From contig NC_047030.1 in NCBI RefSeq assembly GCF_902652985.1, positions 19,902,001 through 19,966,000 of the forward strand: 64,000 nucleotides of DNA, read 5' to 3'. This DNA is from Pecten maximus. Its lineage: Eukaryota. This document shows positions 1-14,186 of this stretch, one piece after another. Numbering within the stretch: position 1 is the stretch's first letter; each line of letters starts with the position of its first letter. The notes below the pieces were generated by a model. It had not been told where the DNA came from, did no database searches, and saw only the letters and a program-made list of their open reading frames with translations. The translations under genes were made by a program, and so were the position numbers.

Positions 1-1799
1 TCGATGATGATAATTATTTGTATTTCACAACAAATACTTCTTCTATGTGTAATACACATGCAGGTGTATCAGAGATGGAAATTGGCGGATGGGCAAAGGA
101 CTGCAACTTAGATTTGGTTGTTGTCAATATTTGATTATGAAGAAGTTTTTCAAAAGAATAAAAATGTTCAATATCTCTAATATTCACTATACCCTATCTC
201 TATATATCACAACAGCTGTATACCCTATCTTATTTAACAATATTGTAGTCTAAGAGTACTCAGTTATAGTTTATCAATGCTTAATTTAAATTACCATATT
301 AAACCAAATATGCAAACTGTATGTTTAATAAAACCATGTGCATAGAAAAGTTTCCATTTGAAAACATTTTAATTGACATATTTATCTTTATGTAGCAAAA
401 ACAATCCAGTCTTTGGTTAAAAGATTGAAGATTATAATAACTGAACAGTGGGGTAGAACCTTTTTTATGTTTGAATTAGTACAACTATCCACCCATCCTG
501 GAAAAAGGTGGGGGTGCACTTATAGGGGCAGGTGAGCTTAATAGGTCGAATATGGTTATTGTAAAACACATACGTTATAAAGTAATATTGAACATATGTC
601 CAATTTGTATAGCACCTACATATCTATTACTTATACACGAATATACTTGGTGTAGCTGTTTTCTAGACAATATAAGATCTTTTAGCAGCAAATGTATACA
701 ACCACTGAGATTGGAAGACATTATAGAGGATATTAAAACAAAAAGCAAACAAAAAATCAGATTAAAAACAAAAAGTAAAGCATGTAATATCTTTAAATAT
801 TGGAGTCGGATAAGGCTTAACTACACCAATATTCTAAAATATTGGGAAAACATTAATATATTTTTGCATTTTCTTCAGGGTTTTGACTTGTCTGGCATCT
901 AAATGCAGCACTCATCATACAGTTATGAAAAATGGGGCATTGGTAGAAATTGAAAACTCTGTGGTTCCCTTCATCAAACAATATATGAACACAATACAAT
1001 ATTGATATTTCACCTATTTTCTCACTGAATATTAAAGATTTTACTGGGTTACATGTTCAAATAAAAAGCAAAAACACGTTTTGATTATAAGATCACTTAA
1101 AACATTAAAACCTAAAACCTTCATTTTGGTCAAAAGAACAAATTCTTTTGTTTACACAACATTGAAAGTAAACATAAAACTGCTGACAGCTTATCAGGAT
1201 GATTCTGAACGCATGTGTTAGATCTCTATTTTCTATGTATCCTGAAACCGATATTACATGGGTTTGTTCCATTTCTTATCCTACTAACATTTAACCAAAG
1301 TTACACATTTCAAATTCTTTTTTTCAATAATACCTCTAATAAAATATTTACATGCATGACTAATCATTTCTTAACAATATTATCACCAATATAACTATTA
1401 CAATATATATCCATTGATGGTAATAACTATTATAAGCACTAATGAAAATGTTGTGCATTTTGTACGTTTGAAAAATAAAACTCTTGTTCAAAACATTGAA
1501 AATTGTCTCCGGACAATAGTTGAAGGGAGATAACTCTGATAATATTATCAGTAACAACATCATTGTTAAAACTTCACTAAAAACTGCAGTATTTTACAGA
1601 GAAATCAGTGTACTTAGATAAACAGCCTATATTATTTCCTATGAATGCCATTAAAAAATGTTCAACCATTATCATATAATAGTATGGTTTTGACAGAATG
1701 TGTGCAGTTATTTCCAGTCAATCTCATCATGCGAAAAAAGTGTACCACCAATATGACAGACTATGACAGACTCTGTTGTATATATGTGCGAAATGGTAT

Positions 1800-4700
1800 T
1801 TAGCAGTTCATTTTCCTCATCCTTATTAGACGTGGATTGATCCCCAGCTTAATTGATCGCATGGCCATGGCTCTGTTGAAGTGCCGTTGTGTTTTCACCT
1901 CGCTGCTGTCCTCAAAGTTGGCTTCTATAGATGTGATAACTCCAAAAATTACTCCTAGTACCAGAAACAAGATGATAAATAGTGTGTACTGTGTGACAGA
2001 AGGGTTAGGTGCCCCATCCATCTCCCGCAGGTGGGCCTCTGCTGGCTGGTAACCAGGATTCAAATCTAGTGCATGTCTAAAATGGAGGGTAGCCTCCTGA
2101 TAATGTCCGTAGGCTTTGAGTATCTCCCCTAGTGTGTAGTGTTGGAGCCATGAGTTCTCACTGTTCGGCTGCTGCATCACTAACGAGCGCCGCGTTAAGA
2201 ATATAGCATCGTCCAAATACTGTAGGTTAAACAGTACCCGAGCGAGATACAATAAAACCTCTGGGTTATTAGGTGATATAGACAGTGCCTTCCGGAAACA
2301 CTCTATCGCAAACAGACTGTTGCCTTTTATTCTCCAAAAATTTCCTATTTGGCTGTGAGTCTGTACTGATTTAGGTTTCTGGAAATACACACAAAAATAA
2401 ATAAATTAGACATCATATCACATGATCCTCTGGAAATCAATGGACTTTTTCTGTCTCTTATTCAATAACAATAAGAGCTATAATGGAGCTTTGTGAATGG
2501 CAAAATGGAATAACGTATACATGTATTTCAGCTGCTCTGACTGCTCATACTATTATATAAGTCAGGAGATCAGTGATATTGTTACTAAATAAAAACATAT
2601 AAGACACCATGGTATTGACCGTACATTTCGTACCCTTCTGGCAATGATCACGAAGAACACGCTTTCGTCTCGGAGTTTCCATCTCGACAGACGAAGCCAA
2701 ATAATTGTCACATATATAAACATCGATACATATATCTACCTGACCGATAGAAACTCATTCAAGCGTATAACTAAGTTACCTGTGAAAAAGGAAATACCCT
2801 GATTCTATAAATATGCGGTATGCGAGGGTGGCGAACTTAACGTGGGAATTATATAGAAGGGAAATCCGTTCTAGGGGTATAGTGGGTGGTATGCGAGGGT
2901 GGCGGTAGATTCAGGTGGCGATAGGTCGAGGGTACACTGTACTTCACTGATCATGAATGACATATGTTTGGATAAAATAACTTATTCAAGGCATTTCAAT
3001 TAAAACTGATTTCACATATAAAAACACACAACAGCAGGTCACTGAAATGAATACTTAAGTACTCGAGCTTTGAAGAAGTTTCATTCCAAATCCGGAAATC
3101 AGATATATATGGAAATCAACGCGGAGAATTTAATTTGGTAAAGAAAATTTCAATATTTTTCATGTAAGATTATTGTAGCAAAACACTTTCAGAGGATGAT
3201 GAATGAAATCAATCATTTCAGGGGTATAGGGAACAATCCAAATTGTTGTCATAACAGGAAAGAATCCTGGAACTGCTTCCCCAGGCCACAAAACTGTAGC
3301 TGACTCATGATTTACATTTAAAATTGAAGAGTATCATATATTGGTGACACCTTTCTATTTCAGGCTAGCGACTATTTTTTCTCTAGGTTTAGTGGTAGGA
3401 TGAACACTGAGCGAGGGGTTGCTAGTTCGAGTCCCCCAAAAGGAAGAATATTTTTCATTAATTTACTCCTTCCTTCAGGACATGAACAGGTAAGCTGACT
3501 ATCAACTGTCTGTTCTGTTGGACCAAGAACTGTCTACTAGTATTATCTTATCAATGTTAGATGATGGTAAAATTATTACCTCTTTCTTTGATTTCTTTAG
3601 TCTTTCCTCCAGTTCAGTCATATCTATTTCTGACGTTTTACTACCCTTCCTCCGAAACATCATAGCAACCTCTGGTTCTGGGATGTGGCTATGTTCATTC
3701 CTGTTAGCAATTCCTCGTAAATGATCATATTGAGTATAATTTACTGGTTTACCACAAGTCAGCTTTTTCTTTTCAGGAGGAGGTTTATTTTCTATGGGAC
3801 TTGAAACAGTCCTGCAAATAAGAAAAAAATCATAAATTAGTCACAAAATTAATTAACATTGACATTTATTTCACTTTGTGAAAATGACATTATGTACATA
3901 TACATTATACATGTACTTGTAAAAGATAATGGATGAAACCTTGCAATGTCTTTGGCATAATAATCCCATGCTCAGAACCAAGTCAAGGAAGCATGCATTA
4001 CTCCTGTATCATAATTAAAATAGGCCACTAGTTGGCCTTTTAAGTTCCCCACCAGAAACTGGAGGGGGGCTATAGTTTTGCATTATGTCTGATGACACTG
4101 ACAGTCCTTCCGCACATTATCTTATCTCTTGTCCTACACTATTCCATATACCTGGTATTGGCATTTCATACTTGGGGCATGGGTTCACCTAAAGGAGGCT
4201 ATGTGCCACATACAAAAAGTAGGTCAGTCTTGACATACATTGTGACCTTTTACCTACATCAAAGAAAAAATGTTGTCCAGGCTATATCGTCTACACTTCT
4301 TATTACTGGCACTTCATATTTGTGGGAAGGGTTCAAGGAAATGAGGCTATGGGTCACATACCAAAAGTAGGTCACTCTTGACCTACATTGTGACATTTGG
4401 CCTACATCAAAGAAACATGTCTGGGCTCTATCTACACTTCCTAACATTGGCACTTCATACTTGGGGCATTGGTTCACCTATAAGCTAATAAAGGAGGTAG
4501 TGTGTCACATATGCCAAAAGTAGGTCACTCTGACCTAGTTGTGACCTTTGACGTACATCAAAGAAAAATGACTGACTTCAGAACTAATGTGATGGACCAG
4601 ATTCTTTCTTCCAGGTACGTTGTAATACTTTAGATATTCACTGTTGCCATACAGTATATAATCCTGATACATTTGTGTGTTATCATGTTAGTCAACTACA

Positions 4701-7627
4701 GAGAGTCAGACCATGCATAGAATGACATCACACACAACAAAAATTAACCCAGATAGATTATTATTGGTATGCCTTATTCTTATGAATTCATTGCATTTCT
4801 TTTTTTCTCTAAATCACATTGAATAATGCCCCCCCCCCCCCCCCCCCCCCTGCATATTAGTGATCTATCTATGTGAAGACTGATAACAGCTGCTAAGACA
4901 AAGTATCTATAAAGATTTGATTAGTGTAACGATTCACAGATGCATCAATGTATTGGATCGCAGAGTGGTGCATCAATGCATCGTCTGTCCTTGATTTGTA
5001 TCGTGATACTTGAACATTTGTAGTTATCTCCCTTGATCAACGTTAGCTTACATTTTGTAGTAAACAACATGGCTGACAAGGCCGTTCCAGCGGCTTTTAT
5101 GAAAAAGCTGCCTGTTGGAGTTCTTTCAAATCCAAATTATCTAAATTCATGAACGTTTTGCGGGAAACAGACAAAAAGTATGTTTTTTGTAACAAATGTA
5201 GACAAAGACTCAAATATTCCAGAAATACCACAAAAACAAACATGTCTACTGTACGTTGGAATACCAGATATCTGATCCTTCATCATTTTCTCATATATAT
5301 ATATATTGCGATACATATTGATAGGGCCAAGCAAAAAAATATTCCTGTTTCCGGTAACCCGACCGACCCTATGAAAACACTGTCGACTCGTGTTTTTTTT
5401 TTATAAGCTTGGGGAAAAAAACTAAAAAAAATCCCGGATTATTTGCACTAAATCTGGGTTTTATATAGGGTTTCCGACTTCCCGTCTATTTTTTTTACAA
5501 ATTCAATTTTATTTCGGAATGCCTCTTATTTGTACCATCCGCTAAGCTATTACTGTCCGGAATATCACGGGATTTTTCCACTTTGATAAAAACAACAACA
5601 ATGGTGGCGACTCTCATATCATGTTTGCCGCACATTTTAGCACTTAAGTTTGCCAAATGTTCGCACATGAGCCAGAAGAACATGATGACAGCTATCCCAT
5701 CATCAACTCAAATGCAGTGTATATATGATGAGCACCACAAAGAACAATTTAAAGGCTTCCAAGTTAAAATCGAGGCTCAATTGGACTTGTTCCCATCCTC
5801 AGAATCGTTTGAGGTCGATGGGTCAATGACTGTGGGCGATGTTCAAACTCTTGGTGTAAAATGTCTTCACTGTAGCTGTGAAGGTTCTGTTGAGAGAAAT
5901 GTCATTTTAACAGCTGTTAATGAAGCAACTACATCGGCGGTTAATGCATTTGAGCTGTTAATGGAAGGGTATAAAGACCTGTCAATGATCGATGGTCATC
6001 TATCAAATGAAATAAAATCATTAATAATATATAAATATACAATTTCAATGTTCTCACATGAAAATGGATGATTGTTGAAACATTGTACTATTGAAAGAGC
6101 TCTTGACACAAAAACATGGACTTTAACATTGGGTACTTTGTAATAGTAAACACAGGAGGCCGGTTTCAAACTCCCGGATTTATCGAGGGAGATCTCTCAC
6201 TCCAGATTAATTTATAATACTTAAAACATTTTGTTACAGTGGGGCAAAAATCAATGCTTAAGACCAGTTACATAATGACTTGCTGGATTACTTTGTCAAA
6301 AAGGACCTGGACTTTCCTCGACTGGAAGCCAATGACTATTTGAAATTATTAAAAAAAAAAACACCTGAAGTTAAAAAAAGTGTTATGTTAATACTTTAGC
6401 AATTGCCATATGACATATTTTCAAATGTACAATAGTCAATATAAGATATTGGTTAGATATTGGTCGATAAATGTGGTTTCAAAAAAAAAAACCTGCCTAC
6501 CTACCCTTCTTTTTTCAAGGGCGTTACCAGAAACACATATATTATTTTATTTGGCCTTAGTGACCACGAATCGTATCGCTACCCACCTTGCGATACACAG
6601 CGCTTATAAAGATCTATGCCCATTATTTATTAAAGGTTCATTAATTATTTCATACAAACATGGATTTACATTACACAATGCCGGTATATATTGTTATTGT
6701 AATCTATATCACCGGTACCTCAATAGGCACATTCTCCATTTACAATATTGATCACTCTAAACCACTGAGTAATAATTGTGTATACTATTATAGCTATCAC
6801 ACATTAGTATGGATGATATGCAGATGATTATGCATGATATTGTTTCTGGCGAATAGTGGAATACCAATACTGTATAAAATTGCACAAATTGTTGTTATTT
6901 GGTCTGTATGTAAGGATGTGTAAGACTGGTGTCAGGGCCAGAGGAAACTTGGGCTACACAAACAGTTGCAGAAAGCATTTGGCACATTCTACAGAAAAGC
7001 ATTTGACACTTGACTGTCAAGATAGAAAATGTGACGATTGCTACAACACTGTCAGCAGTAGCTTTATCAGACATCAACATATATATATATGTAAAAAAAA
7101 AACTACATTGGTAACGGTTCATTCGTTGCAACATGTGAACTCAGATGCGATGTCGATGACTTTGGAACCATCTAAAATATGTGTACCCCTTCACTTCACC
7201 AAAATGGTCAGCTGTTTTATTCTGGGAAGAAAATAATACACAAATATTGTAATGCAATGCATGTGATGCACGTATACATGTGGTTTCAATATAAACAGAT
7301 GAAATCGAAACCAGTCACTGATGGTCATATGATAATCACCACACATTATATTGTATACCTGTCTGTTATTCTGTCACATGGTATTTGTTTTTGTTCGTCT
7401 TCCACTCTCCATTCACCATTTTCAGTTACTTTACGTGTAAGTATTGTCATCAACCCATCCTCTAAAAATCCGTCGTTTTCCGATTCCTCGGCTTGGACTA
7501 CTTTGCCCTCGTCTGCATTGAGCCTCCAATGATTAGCACCTGTTGAGCTCCGAGAGTTACTGCTGACGATGTGCATGGACACAATATACAGTGCCATGTA
7601 GGACACACTCGGTAAGTCGTAAGTCAT
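1800..7627 (-). CDS. TTC17-like TPR protein with C-terminal transmembrane helix (3 coding exons, about 359 aa)
   Basis: Exons 7627-7359, 3811-3580 and 2378-1800 join in frame at GT/AG sites. The N-terminal 'NHWRLNADEGKVVQ', the middle 'YTQYDHLRGIANR' and the TPR block 'GNFWRIKGNSLFAIECFRKAL...LARVLF...HYTLGEILKAYG...FRHALDLNPGY' resemble the first module of TTC17. 'YTLFIILFLVLGVIFGVITSI' is a likely TM helix. The start codon is uncertain and small extra exons cannot be excluded. Confidence 0.8.
2815..2941. mobile_element. One end of a Tc1/mariner (pogo-like) MITE
   Basis: Ends in ...GGTGGCGATAGGTCGAGGGTACACTG|TA, with a duplicated subterminal GGTATGCGAGGGTGGCG. The matching left TIR was not found. 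Confidence 0.4.
4038..4570 (+). mobile_element. Helentron-associated (HINE-like) non-autonomous element with internal tandem repeats
   Basis: Starts TTTTAAG followed by a CCCCC..CAG..CTGG.GGGGGG hairpin, then three degenerate ~150-bp repeats containing AAAAGTAGGTCA...TGACCT...ACATCAAAGAAA. Confidence 0.5.
4921..6606 (+). mobile_element. Decayed hAT-type element with a BED zinc-finger remnant, interrupted by a second element
   Basis: Left end TAGTGTAACGATTC..., right end ...GAATCGTATCGC...CGATACACAGCGCTTA. ORF 5149 contains 'VFCNKCRQRLKYSRNTTKTNM...HH', which is zf-BED-like. Confidence 0.45.
5325..6556. mobile_element. Nested TIR element with GGCCAA termini (PIF/Harbinger- or Zator-like, non-autonomous)
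   Basis: Left GGCCAAGCAAAAAAATATTCCTGTTTCCGGTAAC versus reverse complement of the right end GGCCAAATAAAATAATATATGTGTTTCTGGTAAC. Flanks are TAG and TTA (imperfect TWA-type target site). Confidence 0.6.
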
Positions 7628-8414
7628 GCTCCGATATCACAATGTTGACATCGGTGACAGTTCTCCAATACATATGGCGGATGCTGGCAACGACACCTTC
7701 AGGCGATCACCCAAGAACGATAATCCAATTTTTGGCGCCAGTACTCAACTTTTCGTGTTAATACATGCATCTGTGTTGGTATTACTATAAAGTATCCAAT
7801 GAAATAAAAATTATATATCTGAAGTAACCATGCTACCCATGAAATGAACAAAATACTGCAGGTGTCTGGAACTAGATTGTATTATGACAATAATAACGTA
7901 TAGCCCAATTGTTATAGTATATATATAGGTCTCTTGAGTATACATAGACAACTTCGAGGAAATACATCGGATCAATACCATGCTCCTATCGTATTTCATT
8001 TATTCATTTTAATAATACATCTTTTCTTTTATATCCGTGACACATATTTTAATTGTATTATTTTTAAATGACCTGTTAATTAACACTATTTTAATTAGTT
8101 GCACGCGCGCGCGTACGGTCTCTTTTCAATTACTTTGCTCAAAGACGCACAACAGTAATTACTAAGTATCGCAAGATTGACAATATATACTAATAATTTT
8201 GATAATTTTCTACACTTTTCGGATAAGATAGATATTTAAATACCCACAATAATAAATTCAACAAACTGCACTAATATATTGTTTAATGCTATGGATTTAT
8301 GTTGGTGGTAGCTTGGTTGTACACAAATTATTGTAAAATATAACGATCATATTTAATATGTCTCTTATGAGAGTCGATCCCCATCCGTGTGCGGCGCATT
8401 CGAGTAAAATAACA

Positions 8415-8485
8415 AAGATATTAGCGCCACTCGTGAAAGATATATATTTGGTATTACTGAAGACACTGTTAGATATCCTCTATAT
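8415..8485 (-). repeat. Interspersed repeat terminus, same family as 56463-56835
   Basis: ATATTAGCGCCACTCGTGAAAGATATATATTTGGTATTACTGAAGACACTGTTAGATATCCTCTA is nearly the reverse complement of 56463-56525. Confidence 0.75.
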
Positions 8486-9835
8486 ATTTATTGTACATTA
8501 ATCTATTGCACGTAAATAATCAAATATGAGCGACACAAAAATTGTATCGAACACGTATTTCAAGACAACGTTAAAAAAGGTATCCAGAGTACGTTTGAAA
8601 TCTGATACACGTGGTTACTGATGGTTTGGTATACCAGAGACATATATACAATGTATGTCTCTGGGTATACTCGCTAAGAATGTCTAGGTACAATGTTTTC
8701 GGACTGACGATTGATATGATGTTATCATCTTCTAACTTAAAGAATATTCGCCTCTTTTGCATTTCCTGTCTACCTGTCTGAACACAGTCTCAACACTTCG
8801 CCTACATGTACGTGTATAGTTTCGTAGAAAATGACGAGGGGTTCCGACTGGTCCCAGCAGTGTCCATCGTCTGTCCGTCGCCAAAGTTTCCTTTAAAAAT
8901 TCTTCTGCATTACTAAAAATCAGTGTCTTCATGATTAGCCTGAAGCGGATGTGTATAAAAAAAGATAAAATCATACCCAAAAGTTCTGTTGTACAGATAT
9001 ACGGCCAGTAACGACCTAGGACTAGTGCAGCAGGCATGCGCCAATTATATTAATTGCAATGACTTTTGAATTTTAAATTAATAAAAAAAAAACGAATCCC
9101 AATGTCACGGCATGGGGCCAGTAGCAAGCTTGAGATAAAGGATCTCAAAATCCAAAATGAAACATCTTCACACACTTTTAAGGGCACATGCACATGCAAT
9201 TACACGTGTCAAGATCGTTTTCTCAATAATCTGGAGATTTGATACTTGACTAACAGAATTTCAAGATACAGTGCGACCAAATATATGACCTTGGTACACT
9301 TTCAAGTCATCAGGCCGAATATTTTAACATCTCGAACTTCTTTTGCACAACCAAGTCATGATCGAAAATAAGATTAGTCAGTATGGTATACAGGGTGGTG
9401 TACATATTATCTGGAAAGCTGTAAATAACTAAAAAAAACAACAACGATTGAAAATTGTAGTTGCAAACTTTCGAAAACGTTCGTTTTTAATGGCCGACCT
9501 AAATCTTACTGGGATAAAAGGATATTTAGATTTGGAACACATAGAGAACAAATACCAATAGCTAAGAATGGCATCTTCCCATATTTGTGAATTGCACGCG
9601 CCTACTTAGAAGTTGATTATAGTAGCGATTGGACGATACAGGCCCATTAGATTGTGACCTAGACTGGTCTCCCGTCTCTAGAATATCAAAATTATCAATA
9701 AAATTAAACTCTATGATTTTGGTTTCTAGGATTGGTCTGTTAGGGGCTAGTGGCCAGTCCACTTGTGACAAAACCTTGTTTCAATTGTCAACTAATCAAA
9801 TGGAGCACCATACCAATCCAAATGTAAGAGCCGTT

Positions 9836-9921
9836 TAGAGTTTGAAGGTCTCGAGTTCGAAGGTCTCGAGTTTGAAGGTCTCAAGTTCGAAGGTCTCGAG
9901 TTCGAAGGTCTCGAGTTCGAA
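9836..9921. repeat. 15-bp minisatellite (TTCGAAGGTCTCGAG), about 5.5 copies
   Basis: Units start at 9841, 9856, 9871, 9886 and 9901. Confidence 0.9.
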
Positions 9922-11291
9922 TCTCATTTATATGAGCTTCAAAGCTGATTTCATTCACGCCTTCATACAAAGGTGTGACAGATATAAACTGTAGCTCGTA
10001 GATTATCCATACGTCATGTTTTGTTCAGGAGTGAATGCAGATTTTAATTGCTCAATGACGTTTGTTTGGATCGAAGCCCGCAACACGGGGGATGTTGAAG
10101 TTTACTTAGCCACAGTACTATCGGTCCGTATTGACGTATCTGTTTACTTTAAATTAATGCTTTTGTAGGACGTCACATTGGTACGGCATTTATTACTAGC
10201 CTTACGAGGTGTTATTTTTTGTTGAATAGAAAGAGGAAAGTTTATATATACATTTTTCGGAATGTTGACCCCGTAGCATTTCTGCCATTAAATGTCTGGT
10301 TTGGAGGCCACTATAAGAAATGACAGCCACGGTTACAATTGAGACACAATTAACACTACATGTAATATATATATATGTTCAATTTTCATAAACTATAGCG
10401 AAAAAAAAACCATCTATACGTATATACATGTAGGAGTGTACGCTTGACGGCGTCCATTGACTGCCTATCCTTGCCTTTTACTGGTATCAGTGTTAGGTAT
10501 TAGACCCAGACAATGAGATCTGTCAACAGCCCAGGGTTTACATCTGGGGTTTTCAGTCTGACAAGCTTAATACTGGGAACATACACGGAGTCATCCAAGC
10601 ATGGTTTAGCAGGATTGTAATATTCCAACATAACTGGAAGATTAAGTTGATCAGATCCTCCATTGTAAACATCGCGATATGAGATTTGGACATAGGTTAT
10701 GAATGGGTAGTCGAGTTATGAATGTCCCAATGATGGGGCGATAGTTTGGTGGTGACAGCTTATCTCTGGGTATAACGGGGAGGCACCCGTTATATGTATA
10801 AATATACTACATGTACGTATTCACACGCAGATCCTGCCGAATGGAGAACTTACCTACCGTATCGTTACTATGGCTAGCCGTATTGTGACACTGGACAATA
10901 ACTGGACAATGACTACCTACAAACATATTGGACCTAAGAGAAAAGACAGAGATGCGACTAAGATCGGCTGTAATCTCTGTGTGCAACACTGATTAATGTA
11001 CACACGATATTGCCAATGCTTTGTCGTGCAAGTGGACTGGTTTTGTCAATAATTGTGATGAATTAAAGGGTATAGAATATCACTCTACCATAGAGCCAAA
11101 GTATAGATCGGTGGACTATAGCTAATTTGTCGTAAGTGATATTTAAACAATTCGAGGTCTTTGAGAACAGTTCGACGTGAGGAGAGCACTTATTTTTGTA
11201 GATTAATGATCGTGGTTTGATTTGTACTGTGTAAACACTCGGTTACTGAACAAGGTACACAGTGTGTATCCGACAACAGAACTACCATCCA

Positions 11292-12275
11292 ATGGTAGCA
11301 CTCAGCACCATGCAGGACCGGGGTTCACCGTTGTCGATCGCTAGTAGGATCTCCTTCGCTCCTGGAACCAACTTTGATGGTAAGCTGCGGTATAACTCAG
11401 CAGCTCCGTCTACGTACACACTGAAACCAGTGAAAGAGAAAGACCTGCCTGTAGTCACAAAGTTTTCGGCGCCTGCTGCTACAAGTCCGTCAATGCATTT
11501 CGTTACGACTAACACACTGGACTATAGGGATCCGACTGTTTATATAAGACAATCTAGAAATCCTGTGCCAAAATGGTTCTTTCGAAGCAAATCAGATTTG
11601 CTGGTGGATGACCGAGAGATAGAGGAACTTCTAAGACACGGCCCCTCTGTTGGTCGTTCTCACGGGCGTCGACACTCTGATATCGTGAACGACGCTACAC
11701 GCACTGACCATTTGGCACATGACGCGATGTGGTCCAGGCAAAACTCGGCAAGACCGTACAAAGCTCTTCCAATCGTGCCGGGACACCGGATTCAGGTCCA
11801 TTCCATCGACGATGATCCTGGCTATTTGTCGGACGCTAAATACAAACCACTGGTCGGCCATACAAATGATCGCGTCATCAGAAACGCCACTATCATACCG
11901 AAAACCAAACCGCTCAAGGCCGCCATGCGAGTACAGGATGGACAACCGGGAAGACAGGGCAAGCCAAACTACAGGACTGTCCGCTTTACAGAGTCTGTCA
12001 ATGTGGTACCCAAAGGAGCACCAATGTATCTGGACAGGGGATCCATACTCCGGCCCCACGAGCACAGAATGACAGCGGACGAAAGTTACCGGATGCAGCG
12101 CAAAGCTCTTCAACGCGCAGGAACGGAAGTAATGGACTCGAAATTGAATACATTTCAACCACGACAAATTCGTGGACAGAGAGAAACGTCTTCTTTAGAT
12201 TCTATGTCTAGACTGATGGAACGGACGTACGAAAAACAGGCGCTGACGAAAGAGCTTTTAAAGAAAGGGACGTAG
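11292..12275 (+). CDS. Uncharacterised intronless ORF, about 327 aa, basic and probably disordered
   Basis: 984-bp ATG-to-TAG open frame, visibly more GC-rich than its flanks and non-repetitive. AATAAA near 12499. No recognisable domain. Confidence 0.65.
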   Translation: MVALSTMQDRGSPLSIASRISFAPGTNFDGKLRYNSAAPSTYTLKPVKEKDLPVVTKFSAPAATSPSMHFVTTNTLDYRDPTVYIRQSRNPVPKWFFRSKSDLLVDDREIEELLRHGPSVGRSHGRRHSDIVNDATRTDHLAHDAMWSRQNSARPYKALPIVPGHRIQVHSIDDDPGYLSDAKYKPLVGHTNDRVIRNATIIPKTKPLKAAMRVQDGQPGRQGKPNYRTVRFTESVNVVPKGAPMYLDRGSILRPHEHRMTADESYRMQRKALQRAGTEVMDSKLNTFQPRQIRGQRETSSLDSMSRLMERTYEKQALTKELLKKGT

Positions 12276-13599
12276 TCTTTGTGGTGTTAATAGAGACCTA
12301 GTATATGTGGTGTTAATAGGATCGATGTAATATAATGTGGCGTTGATAATTTTGTGCCGAATTTCTTTTGCTGTGATAATTTTTGTACCGTTTGTGTTCA
12401 TGGAGAGTTTCTGAACGGCCAACATTTGATCTATTACAGCCTCCCTTTGGTTGTACCTCTATTCAAGTATGTGGTTGTAAGCTAGTTAATACAAAGAGAA
12501 TAAAATCAAGGAATTCTTACCTAATAACAACTTTAATGCGTGGAATAATCATTTTGTGAATTATGTATGACAATCAGTCTTCAGTAAAGATGGAATTAAC
12601 TATGTTCGGAATATCCTTTCTTTCCAACAAGTTGGAGACGTGTGTGTAATACCAGTGTACTTACATGGATACAATGGATTTTGTACTACCGAACAATAGC
12701 GATCACCATGAAATGTGCCGACTATACACCTGTGGTTTATATAGGTTCTGTGAGGTAATTCTCAGTTGTGGACTCTTACTGTGTACTGTTTAATTTATGT
12801 GATTAATCTGTCATTCAGTAAAAAAAAAATCCATTTCATGTACATGTATTTTGTGTAATTTAATACTCATATAAATGACTTGTGTAAATAAGAATGACGG
12901 GACGTCTATATTTCTAAATTTGACATCACAATAGGGAAAACATTCTTTTTTTTTTATTCTGAAATGTCCTCGATTAAATGCTCTACAGATTTCCGCAATC
13001 GACAGTTAAAGTTTACACACTCGTGCACTGAGCCTAATGTCCACAATCGTTCAGTTTCCACATTAGCAACCGCCCGATTCTGATCTCCCCGATATAATCG
13101 GTTTTGATTGGCGACATAGTTTAGATATGTACATAGGAACACAGAGAACTGGTCTCTCTCACAACTGTAATTATATATTGTATCGATTTTCATGACATGT
13201 GGTAGAATTGAATGCTTAAACAACACATAGATCACTAGATAGGTAAATGGCGACATTTCAATCAGATACCGGCGCTGTTTGATAAGATAATTGACTCGCG
13301 AAACCACTCAGCGTGCATAGCGCGTGTCAAATGTTTTAGAAAATAGCCATTCCGAATTAGTTAAATACATCAATATGAAATCATTAGACCTATTATCTAA
13401 GCGTTAAAATGTTTCGTGCTATATATAGTACATTTGTAGTACAATGAGGCCTCACGTCATTCTCAGTGGAAGATTTTTCTGTTTCACGTAAACCCTTTCT
13501 CACAGACACGCGCTATAATGAATTCACAATCCACGTTCTATGTACATATATGGACCATATAGGTCGGGAAACCCTACCAAGTCCCTCCCCGTGGCCCTT

Positions 13600-14108
13600 C
13601 TGGCCCCGGGCTCACCAAGGTTCTTTAACCTAAGGGAATTCCTTGAGTTGAAATCGTCCATAGGAAAGCAGAATTTGAGGAAATCATTTAGAATTCCATA
13701 ATGCTTTCCTGCGGAAAATCTTAAGTTAAAAAGATTCTTTAAGTTAAGTAATATTGATGAAACTGGCACCCGGTAACTGGAACTTGACATTTGGCGCAAT
13801 ACAACGTCATAATCAAAATTACATAACATACAAGCAGTTTTTTTGGTCGAGATCGATTTCTCGGGCAACATATCTCGTTCTCGACAGATGTTTAAAAGGT
13901 GATTAAGCTAATCACAGTTTAACAACAATTTTAAAATCCTGATAAAATCATTTCTGGTAAAACTAACTTGACAAACCATAACATTCCTCAGTCTCTCCCT
14001 GTCTGCCTATTTTAAGGAATATACACACTCATGTTTTAAAGTAAGGGAGAAATGAGATTTTCACTAATCAAGTAATTAAGCTAATCGACTTTTGAACAAA
14101 TGGGCCCA
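13600..14108. mobile_element. PIF/Harbinger-like MITE with CWG-flanked GGCCC termini
   Basis: Left CTGGCCCCGGGCTCACCAA, right TTGAACAAATGGGCCCAG (degenerate TIRs). A related end starts again at about 14109. Confidence 0.4.
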
Positions 14109-14186
14109 GGCCGCAGTTTCTCACCAATTCTTCGTAAGTTAAATATCTTTAACCACTTTTCCATAAGAAAACATTCAATGTATTAA

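Noticed and set aside
5583-6071. 162-aa ORF as a host gene
   Set aside because: Lies inside a nested TIR element in an intron and has no recognisable domain; probably a transposon remnant.
6856-7236. Additional exon of the TTC17-like gene
   Set aside because: The acceptors I tried gave in-frame stops, and exon 1 already joins the 3811 exon in phase.
10807-10989. Minus-strand exon with a strong GTAAGT donor near 10850
   Set aside because: No partner exon or protein similarity; a lone donor match is insufficient.
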